A stretch of 64,000 nt of DNA. Origin: Octopus sinensis. Its lineage: Eukaryota. The position numbers were made by a program, and so were the translations under genes. Below the pieces are notes generated by a model, which saw only the letters and a list, made by a program, of their open reading frames with translations, did no database searches and was not told the DNA's origin. Shown here one piece after another: positions 24,171-35,344 of this stretch. The DNA is taken from NCBI RefSeq assembly GCF_006345805.1, contig NC_043014.1, positions 45,942,001-46,006,000 on the forward strand, read 5' to 3'. Positions within the stretch are counted from its first letter, which is position 1, and every line of letters starts with the position of its first letter.

Positions 24171-24508
24171 GGGCGCTGTGTGACGACAGGCAGTTGGTGT
24201 TGTTCGTTAAAACAGGGACTCGTCACAGTAGCAGTGTGGTTTTTTTGTAGTTTAATCGGATGTAAAGAATAAATAGCAGCCGTAGCAGTGGTGACGGCAG
24301 GTTTGACTGCATATAAAACAGCTGTGACTTGTTTACTATAAACACAAAGGAAGTTCGGAGTCGAAGCCGGCGCACACGCGAACAAACAAAGCGCGCGCGG
24401 GCGCGGATATATACAGAACGAAAAAGAAGTGACAGGAAGAAGAGAGAAAAATAAAGAAAAGGCTATGCACATCTATTGTGAATAGTATGTGTGTGCACTA
24501 TTCACAAT

Positions 24509-24675
24509 AGTGCTGCGTGGTAAGAAGCTTGTTTCTCAACCACATGGTTCCGGGTTCAGTCCCACTGCGTGGTACCTTGGGCAAGTGTTTTCTACTGTAG
24601 TCTCGGGCTGACTAAAGCAGCCCCTCGTGTGTGTATATATATATATATGTATATATATGTGTATATATATGTGTG

Positions 24676-24728
<53 letters not shown>

Positions 24729-25030
24729 AGAGGCGCAATGGCCCGGTGGTTAGGGCAGCGGACTCGCGGTCGTAGGATCGCGGTTTCAATTCCCACACCG
24801 GGCGTTGTGAGTGTTTATTGAGCGAAAACACCTAAAAAGCTCCACGACGCTCCGGCAGGGGGTGGTGGTGATCCCTGCTGTACTCTTTCATTGCAACTTT
24901 CTCTCACTCTTTCTTCTGTTGGCCTGCTCGCTTAGCCAGCGGGGTGGCGTCATTCGAAGGCTAAAGCACTGCGAACGCATTGTGACCAGCGATGTGTAAC
25001 AACATCTGATGGTCTGGTCGGTCACGTGAT

Positions 25031-25104
<74 letters not shown>

Positions 25105-25290
25105 GTCCTCGCACCATCGTTTGACAACCGATGTTTATGTGTTTACGTCCCCATAACTTAGCGGTTCGGCAAAAAAGAACCGATAGAATATGTGCTAGGC
25201 TTACAAAGAACAAGTCCTAGGGTCGATTTGTTCGACTTAAAAGCGGTGCTCCAGCTTGGCCGCAGTCAGATGACGGAAGCAAGTAGAAGG
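24509..25290 (+). mobile_element. SINE-A split by a SINE-C insertion in its internal microsatellite
   Basis: A head 24509-24630, TA/TG tract, SINE-C, TA/TG tract, A 3' module 25090-25290. Confidence 0.85.
24727..25031 (+). mobile_element. SINE-C, full length
   Basis: Same A/B boxes and body as 1866-2150. Confidence 0.9.
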
Positions 25291-25309
25291 GTATATATAT
25301 ATATCGTTT

Positions 25310-25650
25310 ACGTGTTTCAGTCAGTTATTGGACTACGACCATATTCTATCGGTACCTTTTGGCGAACCGCTAAGTTACGGGGACGCAAACAAACGAACAC
25401 ACAAACACAAACATATATACAGTGCTCCAGCATGACTGCATTCAAATGACTGAAACAAGTAAAAGAATACACACACACACACACACACACACACGACGGG
25501 CTTCTCTGAGTTTCCGTCTATCAAATCCACTCACAAGGCTTTGCTCGGCCCAGGGTTATAGTAGAAGACACATGATGAAGATGTCACGCCGTGGAACTGA
25601 CGCCGAAACCATGTGGGTTGCAAGCAAGCTTCTTACCACGAATATACACA
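25310..25650 (-). mobile_element. SINE-A, internally deleted/rearranged
   Basis: 3' module and head half on the minus strand. Confidence 0.75.
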
Positions 25651-25783
25651 CACATATATATACATCCGCGCCTCGGGCTTGGGAGGACGGTTTAGTCAAT
25701 TGTTTCGACCTCAAAACACACATTTGTTTGCAATTACCACAATTCTAACGAACAATGTCTTCTGGTAATTTTCTTCCATGTAG

Positions 25784-25905
25784 GGAAAAGTTGGGAAACT
25801 GAACGTTTCAGACAGTCCTTTTTACAGGGAACAACTGACAACGAAATCTTCAAAGATTTCACTCCAGTCAAATACAATTGCAACAATAATAAATCTCTGA
25901 ACAAG
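25784..25905 (+). CDS. Candidate internal exon (122 bp; KSWETERFRQSFLQGTTDNEIFKDFTPVKYNCNNNKSLNK), product unknown
   Basis: CTAAC branch-like motif at 25745, pyrimidine tract TTTTCTTCCATGTAG acceptor, AAG|GTATAA donor, one open frame, unique sequence. No homology recognised. Confidence 0.25.
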
Positions 25906-25929
25906 GTATAAACAGTAACTGCACGACAA

Positions 25930-26270
25930 TGTGAGGTATACTTGCCATCTCAATATGGCTAACCACTAAGGGTGGGTGTTACTGTAGCTTGTAGCCCCAG
26001 AAGAAGATCGTCTCCAGCTGGCTTTAGGACCCTTTCTGTGCCCTTATGGTATTTGCAAAGGGATGACCTCGCTTTGCAAATACCATAAAGGTACAGAAAG
26101 TGTGCCTAAAGCCAGCTGGAGATGATGTTCTCCTGGCCCTTTGCAAATACCATAAGGGCACAGAGAGTGTGCCTAAAGCCAGCTGGAGACGATGTTCTCC
26201 TGGGGCTACAAGCTACAGTAACACCCACCCTTAGTGGTTAGCCATATTGAGATGGCAAGTATACCTCGCA
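25930..26270. mobile_element. Foldback/MITE-M, ~130-bp inverted arms with a duplicated ~65-bp core
   Basis: TGTGAGGTATACTTGCCATCTCAATATGG... inverted at ...CCATATTGAGATGGCAAGTATACCTCGCA; no TSD evident. Confidence 0.82.
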
Positions 26271-26325
26271 ACTATAATTATATTTTACGCCTAATGAAAT
26301 TTAGCAATATATATATCATACATAC

Positions 26326-26482
26326 GACAGCATCCATCATCAACAGTAGACAGAAGTTTCCCTCGTTTTACAAAGAACAATAGCATCTCCATGTCGTCTG
26401 AAGACTTCATTAGCCTTTCTTGGGAAATAAAAGGTCGCGCGCTTGAATCTCGTCTCTGGGGAACTGACATCAATCCAGCACT
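26326..26482 (-). CDS. Candidate exon (157 bp), product unknown
   Basis: Minus-strand acceptor CTTTACTCTTTTATTCCTGCCTAG and donor C|GTATGT; frame SAGLMSVPQRRDSSARPF...DDGCC is fully open, and a second frame CWIDVSSPETRFKR...SVYC ends in a stop. A plus-strand terminal-exon reading is also possible. Confidence 0.25.
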
Positions 26483-26970
26483 CTAGGCAGGAATAAAAGA
26501 GTAAAGTTATTCCAGAATTGATGAATATAAGAGAAGAAGATGAGTGAGAGACATATGATAAGAAGAGATCAAGAAAAAGATCTTTCGTTTGATTGATTTT
26601 GCAACCGAAATGCTGTTTCATACAAAGATCCCAACATACTGCGATGTGTGAAGAGATGTACTCATGAACTTATAATGGGCGGCCATCAACGTATTAATAA
26701 ACTCAAGAGCTAACCGGCCAAAGCAGGTTCCAAGCCATAACAACCGGTGTGTGCTACAACCAATAGAACGCTATCAATTCCACCACCACCACCACCACCA
26801 TCATCCTCCTTATCATCATCCTAATTAATCATTAGCACTAAATCATTATATCCGATTTCATACACACACACACACAGCTCAGCACATTACGATGATCATC
26901 ACCGCATTCACGTTAGCATATTATATATGTGTATGTATACGTGTGAATGTATGTATGTGTACACATATAC

Positions 26971-27019
<49 letters not shown>

Positions 27020-27030
27020 AATATATATTC

Positions 27031-27410
27031 GCTTTTACTTGTTTCAGTCATTTGACTGTGGCCATGCTGGAGCACCGCCTTTAGTCGAGCAAATCGACCC
27101 CCAGGACTTATTCTTTGTAAGCCTAGTACTTATTCTATCGGTATATTTTGCCGAACCGCTAAGTTACGAGGACGTAAACACACCAGCATCGGTTGCCAAG
27201 TGGCAGTGGGGAACAAACACAGACACACAAACAGATATATATATAAGGCGGGCTTCTTTCAGTTTCCGTATACCAAATCCACTCACAAGACTTTGGTCGG
27301 CCCGACGCTATAATAGAAAACACTTGCCCAAGGTGTCACGCAGTAGGACTGAACCCGGAACCATCTGGTTGGGAAGCAAGCTACTCACCACACAGCCACA
27401 GCTGCGCCTG
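27031..27410 (-). mobile_element. SINE-A
   Basis: Full layout on the minus strand. Confidence 0.87.
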
Positions 27411-27420
27411 TGTATATATA

Positions 27421-27461
<41 letters not shown>

Positions 27462-27949
27462 CTAGCAGTATCGCCCGGCGTTGCTCGGGTTCTAAGGGAA
27501 ATAACTATATAAGCATTTTAGAGAGTTACTTCCTTTATAGATGCCAATTCGGGCTTTCTAGCCATTTCTGTTTGGTGTCTTCAAGCCATGAAGTCGTTGT
27601 TCTAAAAGACGCTGGTCTCCTTGACAACGCTTTACGACGTTGATTTCCTTACACTCCCTTCCCCACAGCTTCACGAGGGAGGGAAAAGGGGGAGAAGCAA
27701 ACACAGGTGCAGGTGTGACCATGGACGCCAACTCCGCCGCCATCGACACACGAAAATTATGCATTAAAATGGAATAAAAAAATGATGTTAAATTATTTTA
27801 AAAATCGTAGACTCATCGTAGACGCGCGCTAATACTCAGACGGGCTCGATATGAATCACGACTATAAGATACCCGCAAAATGTGGAGGAGTTAGGAATCT
27901 AAATCGTAGGAGACAGACACTCACACAACTACAGTTTTATATATATAGA
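27462..27949 (-). mobile_element. Non-autonomous Helitron, 488 bp
   Basis: Minus strand A|TC...hairpin...CTAG|T; shares both ends with 5934-6328 but has a different middle. Confidence 0.85.
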
Positions 27950-28008
27950 TATATATCACCATGAAAGATCGCTAGCCACTACACATTCCTTATTTTCTCT
28001 CCTTGTTC

Positions 28009-28044
28009 CTTTCTGTGGAAGAGCGTAGGCTCGAAACGTTAAAG
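28009..28044 (+). ncRNA. Minimal type I hammerhead-like motif with variant core
   Basis: Stem I CTTT/AAAG, core CTGTGGA(A), stem II GAGC-gtag-GCTC, GAAAC, palindromic ACGT, NUH = GTT. Confidence 0.5.
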
Positions 28045-28180
28045 ACTTTTTCACTTCCCGAGCGTTATACTAATACATCTGTTCGTTGTCTACACCACCT
28101 GTCTTCGTCTTTTGTTGTTGTTTTTTTGTGAATCATCTCCCTACATACACCATACATACATACATACATACCTACATACC

Positions 28181-28218
<38 letters not shown>

Positions 28219-28381
28219 TTACTCATAAGGTATTGGAATCTTACATAGATACCATTCTGCCTAAAAAATGAACCTACAACTTCAATATCTCTCATATCTT
28301 ACATCTATTTTCTTTCCTCCACCTCACTCTCTATTTTGTATCCTATCTAAATAAAGTATTACTTAACCATCCTCTCACACC

Positions 28382-28433
28382 GTCTCCGATGAAGGGATAT
28401 AATTAATAAATATCCTGGAAACAGCTGTAAGAC
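28382..28433 (+). ncRNA. Minimal type I hammerhead ribozyme motif
   Basis: Stem I GTCT/AGAC, core CCGATGA (U4C), stem II GGGATAT/ATATCCT, GAAAC, palindromic helix III ACAGCTGT, NUH = GTA. Confidence 0.65.
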
Positions 28434-29419
28434 CTTCTATCTATAAATGTTCTAATATCTACACAGCCTTGTTTTTTTTGTGTCTCATTACGCAAAAAAT
28501 TCTTATATATATATATATATATATATATCCTTCTTCCCTTCTTTCCTGAGCGTCCAATAATACTTTATTTGTTCCACGTCCTCGCGTTGCTGTTTTTTTG
28601 TGTTTTCTTGTTTGGATTAACTATATATACATATATATATATAACACATGTACATAGATACAGGCATGCCTGGGGATAATCTCTACGGCGAGGCTCGGTG
28701 GGGCTCGACCTACAAGTAATAGTAACTAAAACTTCTTCGAATCACTCACTCCTCACCTTAGCAGACGACAAATTGAGCAGTGTGACCCTAAATCCCTCCA
28801 CACACAGAGGAAAAGGGGCAGTGAAATGACGGCTGCAACGCGTTTTATCAGTCTTAGTCGATTCGGGCAACAACAACAACGAAAGAATATACACGCACCA
28901 GAGAAAAAAAAAGGATGGATGGATGGAGGGAGAACCGGAGAGACAAACAGACGACAACCACCCAAACACACCCACAGCAATTATCTCACACTCATACACA
29001 GCAACGGTTACAATTATACGAGGACGCATGCGCACATACACACTCACAGCAAGAAGGACATACGGATCAACAACAGACGGACACACACACACAGAGAAAG
29101 AAACAAATCTACAATTACACACAGCAATAAACACATACACCTTAACAAAAACACAGGGGGAGAAAGCGAAAGAGAGAGACAGACAGACAGAGAAGTTACG
29201 AACACTTACATACGTTCATACACAGTAACAAATGCATATAGATCAAATCGCACACGCACACACATTCACTACACACGACTTTGAATGACATCACTGCTAT
29301 TCTAAGCGTTAATATATTTTAACTCTATTTCGCTTGCCTTACAATTCTCTCTCTCTATCTCTGTCTCTCACCTTAAACCACATCTACTGTCATAACAAAG
29401 GTCGTATTGTTCAAATGTG

Positions 29420-29837
29420 GGATCTTTTCGGTTTGAACGGCAGTTTTTAAAATAATTTCCACGTAACTAAACACTTTTAAACTTCGTATACTGGTAGAAT
29501 GTGTTTATAAAACATCTTTTTCTCTTGGCTTTATTGAGAAAATTCTATACTTTGTAAGATATTTGTTGTTTTTTTCTTCGATTTCTGCAATTTCAACCAA
29601 TCATTGACGTCTATTGAGGTAAAAAAAACATTCTGTGCCGTATGAATATGTCCCTCGTTTAAGAAATAGATTGGGTTTATTTACATTTGTGAAGAAAAAA
29701 AGATACCCTTCCCCCCACTCCCAACCCTAACCCTAAAACAGATTGAAATGCAATAGATCGATACTAGGGTCATAATTATGGGTGACAATTTCATATGACA
29801 CCGCTAGAAAAAATTGCCGTTCAAACCGAAAAGATCC
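29420..29837 (+). mobile_element. MITE-D, complete
   Basis: Both TIRs; 8-bp TSD CAAATGTG. Confidence 0.95.
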
Positions 29838-30194
29838 CAAATGTGTTGCGAGGTAAATATTCCTGAAATAAAATGTGAGGGTCACAGTCAGATCACCCTT
29901 TGACGTAAATGCGCCCTATCAGCACCGACCTGGGGCGGTTGAACAACAGCATAAGCTAAAACTAAAGAGCTGTACGCACCGCTGGCTGACCCCTTATGAC
30001 AAGAACATTATAACGACAAACACTTCTAGAATCAAACTAAAAGAGCAGACCTATGATGAAGCTGTCTTCTTGTATAACTAACTAGAAGGCACAACAGTGT
30101 TTAAGGTGTCCTTCCATTTTTTGAGACTGTAGTGTACGATTTAGAGGAGATTCAGCCGCTATTTCTAGCAGATTGAGCCTTCTGAAAGAAGTCG

Positions 30195-30345
30195 CCATGA
30201 TAGATCGTTATCCACTACACACATTTTTTTCTCTCCTTGTTTTCTGTGTCCCTTTCTGTAGAAGAGCGTAGGCTCGAAACGTAAAATACTTTTTCTATTC
30301 CTGAGCGTTATACTAATATATCTTCGTCTTGTTGTTTTTTTTGTA
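30195..30345 (+). mobile_element. Second Penelope-like relic with hammerhead-like motif (30252-30287)
   Basis: CTTT-CTGTAGA(A)-GAGCgtagGCTC-GAAAC-GTA; homologous to 27960-28120. Confidence 0.55.
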
Positions 30346-30369
30346 AACTCTCCCTATATGTATATATAT

Positions 30370-30515
30370 ATATATGTATGTGTGTGTGTTTGTCCCCCCA
30401 AGATCGCTTGACAACCGATGCTGGTGTGTTTACGTCGCCGTAACCCAGCGGTTCGGCAAAACAGACCGATAGAATAAGTACTAGGCGTGCAAAGAATAAG
30501 TACTGGGGTCGATTT
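30370..30515 (+). mobile_element. SINE-A 3' module fragment
   Basis: TTTGTCCCCC...GCTTGACAACCGATGCTGG...GATAGAATAAGTAC. Confidence 0.8.
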
Positions 30516-30706
30516 GAGGAGAGGAACCAAATGTTGCATAGACAACTGAATGCTTCGACTATAGATAGCCTTCCTTGTAATTGCCAAACGGAACAGGACT
30601 AGGCCGCCAAAGTCCATTAAAAAAGCGACAAGTAAGTAGGTGGATAAGAATGTAAGGACCATACTAGAAAGAGATATGGACGAAATTCTGGAATTCTGGA
30701 ATTGAA

Positions 30707-30937
30707 GGCGGCGATCTGGCAGAAACGTTAGCGCGCCGGGCGAAATGCTCAGCGGTATTTCGTCTGTCTTTACGTTCCGAGTTCAAATTCCGCCGAGGTC
30801 GACTTTGCCTTTCATCCTTTCGGGGTCGATTAAATAAGTACCAGTTACGCACTGTGGTCGATATAATCGACTTAATCCGTTTGTCTGTCCTTCTTTGGCC
30901 CCTCTGTGTGTAGCCCCTTGTGGGTAGTAAAGAAATA
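30707..30937 (+). mobile_element. SINE-B monomer
   Basis: Head + body; flanking GAAATTCTGGAAT repeated on both sides (TSD-like). Confidence 0.9.
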
Positions 30938-31236
30938 AGAAATTCTGGAATCGCGGAAAATACAACAAAAAAACTAGGTTAGTATTTAATGCAAGATGGT
31001 CCTCGCATCGCCCCACAGTACATGACAGGGCTAAAGATGTGTTTGAGAAACCAAAGACACATTAAGGCTGATTTTGTTGCGAGGATATAACTCTTTGCTT
31101 CCCTGTTAGAGCAATGCAACCAAGGTCACCCAAACTATCTCCTGGCTCCCAACATTTAATTAAGTTCTGTTATATTCAGAGTAACCATGAGGAAGAAAGG
31201 TGAGTGCTGGGGACAACAGTATATCTGCAAAACGAA

Positions 31237-31718
31237 GGCGGCGATCTGGCAGAATCGTTAGCGCGCCGGGCGAAATGCTTAGCGGTATTTCGTCTGCCGC
31301 CGCGGCGAGCTGGCAATGGTGGCGAGCTGGCAGAATCGTTAGCACACCGGGCGAAATACGTAGCCGTATTTCGTCTGCCGTTACGTTCTGAGTTCAAATT
31401 CCGCCGAGGTCGACTTTGCCTTTCATCCTTTCGGGGACGATAAATTAAGTACCAGTTACCAACTGGGGTCAATGTAATCGACTTAATCCGTTTGTCCCCT
31501 CTGTGTTTAGCCCCTTGTGGGTAGTAAAGAAATAGGTATTTCGTCTGCCGTTACGTTCTGAGTTCAAATTCCGCCGAGGTCGACTTTGCCTTTCATCCTT
31601 TCGGGGTCGATTAAATAAGTACCAGTTACGCACTGGGGTCGATATAATCGACTTAATCCGTTTGTCTGTCCTTGTTTGTCCCCTCTCTGTTTAGCCCCTT
31701 GTGGGTAATAAAGAAATA
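31237..31718 (+). mobile_element. SINE-B nested inside SINE-B
   Basis: Outer TSD AGTATATCTGCAAAACGAA (31218-31236 / 31719-31737); inner copy 31300-31534 flanked by GGTATTTCGTCTGCCG (31284-31299 / 31535-31550). Confidence 0.92.
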
Positions 31719-31984
31719 AGTATATCTGCAAAACGAAGCTGAAGTAGTAGAAAAACAAAGCGATCGAGTCGCAAACCGTCACGGATTTCAATTGGTTGTA
31801 ACCAGGACAACCTCAAGGAGAAAGGCGCCAAGAGTGAACAGGACGGTGCCAGAAATATGGTTAACAAAAAAAGACAAAAAAAACGAAGAACACAAGCTCA
31901 TTAAAACATTTATGCAAAGTGATGTAAAATAGGAGGCTGGTGATGTCCCTCAAGACAAAAAAGATGCTGGGATTGTCTCTAAAT

Positions 31985-32131
31985 TATGTAGGTTAAGAAG
32001 CTCGCTTTGTAATCACGAGGTTTTGAGTTCTGTCCCAGTTCGTGACACCTTGGGCAAGTGACTTCTACAATAGCCCCGAGTCGATCAATGCCTTGAGAGA
32101 GAATTTGGTACGGAAACTGTATGGAAGCCTG

Positions 32132-32166
<35 letters not shown>

Positions 32167-32430
32167 GAGAGAGAGAGAGAGAGAGAGAGGGGAGGGAGGG
32201 AGAGAGAGATGCGTGTGTGTCTTTCTGTTTGTGATTATCCCACACGCCCCGCGTCTGACAACCGTTGTTGGTTAGCTTATGGCCCTGAAACTTAGTGGCT
32301 CGGCAAAAGCGATCGAAAATTACTAGATTTAAAAGAGCTGGGGACAGATATGGTCGACTGAAAAAAATCCTTCAAGGTGGTGCTCCAGCATGGTCGCAGT
32401 TTAGTGATTGAAACAAGTGAAACCAAGAAA
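31985..32430 (+). mobile_element. Old diverged SINE-A with TA/GA internal tract
   Basis: Degenerate head, CACCTTGGGCAAGTG, GGTGCTCCAGCATGG 3' part. Confidence 0.7.
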
Positions 32431-32645
32431 GAGCGATAGAAATAAATGCAAGAACTGAGGAGGGATTTCAGTACTTGATAAGGTCGAGAAGGTATTTGCA
32501 AATCTGTTGCGTAACAAACTGAATGAAAAAAAACCTCAATAGTTCTACTCGAAATTCAATGTCAGTTCAAAAGAGAAAGAAGAACCATAGCTGTGGTGTT
32601 CTGCTTTCAACAAATCCAAGAAAACGTGTAGAATAGATCAAAGTA

Positions 32646-33159
32646 CCATAAATCCTCGAGTATAATCCGCATTTTTTTCCCCAAAATTTAAATGTCAAAA
32701 TCCCTAGTGCGTACTATATACGAGGTTAAAAATGAAAAAGTATTTTCTAAGCAATGTCCAAGTCTCTATTTGCTGTCCGGCAATGTTTATTCAGACGCAT
32801 TTTGTGATGTCGGGCGCGAAAATACCCTAAGCTAAGCCTGAAAGCAATGAAGTCATAAAAGAATCATCCATAACTTGCAGTAAGCAACATTTACTAAACG
32901 TTATTACTGTTATTTCTTTATTTTCTGGCAACAAAATGCACAAAAAAGCTACACGTTTGCATTATGTTATATATACAATAATAATAAAGGGCATTACCGT
33001 ATACAGTTTTACAAACCAAGGACGCTATATAGACCTCCTTGACTCAAGTTAGAGAAGGGGAGCGCATTATACACAAGGTTTAGGTTTTTCAGAGGTACAG
33101 CCCCCTAAAAATCCCCTGCGTATTATACTCGAGGGCGGACTATACTCGAGGATTTACGG
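32646..33159. mobile_element. Tc1/mariner-superfamily (pogo/Tc2-like) MITE, 514 bp
   Basis: TA|CCATAAATCCTCGAGTATAATCCGC ... GCGGACTATACTCGAGGATTTACGG|TA; TA TSD. Confidence 0.85.
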
Positions 33160-33497
33160 TATTGTATTCAGTCCTTGTTGACACGAAAAAGGCGGTGGAT
33201 ACAGTATGTTAGTTGAGTCAGTGACAAAAGGTCTGGACATCTGAGTAAGTTCACTCGTATGACAGTCATTAAAGATGTGCACTGCAGTTCAGGTCGCGTG
33301 AATTAACTCAAGCTTTGTATAGTTTGATGTAACACTGCGAGTCAAACAGTACTGAATGCTAGCGCCCAATGTCATTGTTACTCCGACAGCATTGCTCTAC
33401 GAGGCATTCATTCCACAGCGTATCTGAAAGTGTATGCATAGAGACAAGAAACGAGGCAAATCTAGAGAGTCGCACTTCAGAATTATGACACAAGAAT

Positions 33498-34113
33498 TGG
33501 CATAAACGTTAGCACGCCGGGCGAAATGCGTAGCCGTATTTCGTCTGCCGCTACGTTCTGAGTTCAAATTCTGCCGAGGTCGACTTTGCCTTTCATCCTT
33601 TCGCGGTCGATTAAATAAGTACCAGTTACGCACTGGGTCGTCGATATAAGAGGGGACAAACAAGGACAGACAAAGGGATTAAGTCGATTACATCGACCCA
33701 GTGCGAAACTGGTACTTTATTTATCGACCCCGAAAGGATGAAAGGCAAAGTCGACCTCGGCGGAATTTGAACTCCGAACGTAACGACAGACGAAATACCT
33801 ATTTCTTTATTACCCACAAGGGGCCAAACACAGAGGGGACAAACAAGGACAGACATAGGTATAAAGTCGATTACATCGACGCCAGTGAGTAACTGGTACT
33901 TTATTCATCGACCCCGAAAGGATGAAAGGCGAAGTCGACCTCGGCGGAGTCGATTACATCGACCCCAGTGCGTAACTGGTACTTTATTTATCGACCCCGA
34001 AAGGATGAAAGGCAAAGTCGACCTCGGCGGAATTTGAACTCAGAACGTAACGGCAGACGAAATACCGCTAAGCATTTCGCCCGGCGCGCTAACGTTTCTG
34101 CCAGCTCGCCGCC
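33498..34113. mobile_element. Tail-to-tail inverted SINE-B pair (+ fragment 33498-33650; - rearranged multimer 33650-34113)
   Basis: Heads point inward from both ends; the minus copy has an internal partial repeat. Confidence 0.85.
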
Positions 34114-34375
34114 TTCCGAGATTCAAGGATATAGCTAAGCGTTAACACGAAGAGATTTGGTTGTGATGGCCACAGTTGGATCACAGCAAATCAGGATAGA
34201 AATCAGTAAAAGAGAACAATTAACATCTGCGCTTTCCGTCCTTCGCTCACTTGAATGATGGTGCTTGAAATGGTGAAAGAAGTGTTGTGCTAAACTCAAA
34301 ATGATATTTTTATTTTTAATGAGCTGACACAAGACACACAATTATTTAAAACTAGAAACAGGCCATGATATAAGT

Positions 34376-34594
34376 CAGTGCTTTTCAACCTTTTTGCTGG
34401 AGCGGAACCGCAAGGAAACATTCCACTGGCTCGAGGAACCCCTGTGCAATAATTTAATAGTCTTATGCACACATATCTGCAGAGGAGAATTTAAAATTAC
34501 TGCCGATTTTAGCAGTTTTGTAACTTCTTGCGGAACCCCTGGACTGTACTGGCAGAACCCTAAGGTTCCGCGGAACCCTGGTTGAAAACCACTG
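34376..34594 (-). mobile_element. hAT (Charlie-like) MITE, second copy
   Basis: Reverse of 3609-3828; 8-bp TSD ATATAAGT. Confidence 0.93.
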
Positions 34595-35344
34595 ATATAA
34601 GTTAATTTTTTTACTGAATACTAAACGTCCACCACTAACAACAACAACCATCACACACGGGTATACAACAATTCCTGATCACTTTGAAAATTAATTTGTA
34701 AACAGCAAGGGTGTTGTGTATTCCGCTGGAAACACGGTCACGAGCGAGAGTCGAAACTGCTGAAAGGCAGGGAAGGGGTTTGCGTACACACGCAACCTCT
34801 AAGCTCAGAGAAGACGCAACCACGGTGAGCAAACGTTGACAAGAAGCAGGACACAGCTTGGAAGTGGGCCAAACGTTCTCGAATGTCAGCGACTGAACAA
34901 CAGATCGTGGTTGGTGAGTGTGATGGTGGCAGCGATGACGAAGGTGGTGTTAGGGGGGGTAACAGGGCGGGGGGAGATAGAATGGTGTCCAGGCTATGTG
35001 CTTGTGCCCGATGCATGTCCCATCACATGGCATTCGAAAATATCAGCTGACATCACTATTTTTGCACCGGGACATGTCAAAACTGCAAAGCAGACTTAAA
35101 ATTTATATATATATTTTTTATTTTTAATCTATTATTAGATAACACAATAAAGTAGAAAAGATAGCATTTGTATGTGAAGCGTGGGGTGGGACGGGGGTAA
35201 GTGTGCTCGTGTCTGTGTGTGTCTATATACACACACACACGAGTAAGTACATAAACATTTGTATGTGACCAGAGAACATATATTAAACACACGCAAAGAG
35301 TATACTCTAAAAAGAATTAGTGAAGTCAGTACTTGTCTGAAGTC

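Larger units (their letters stand above)
27955..28625 (+). mobile_element. Cluster of Penelope-like terminal-repeat relics with hammerhead-like motifs
   Basis: Segment CCACTACAC...GAAGAGCGTAGGCTCGAAACGT...GAGCGTTATACTAATA is repeated at 30195-30345; contains two hammerhead-like motifs. The PLE assignment is inferred from the known association of minimal type I hammerheads with PLEs. Confidence 0.55.

Noticed and set aside
34883-34913. Possible first coding exon MSATEQQIVV with G|GTGAGT donor
   Set aside because: A strong donor alone over 10 codons is expected by chance in 64 kb; no downstream partner identified.
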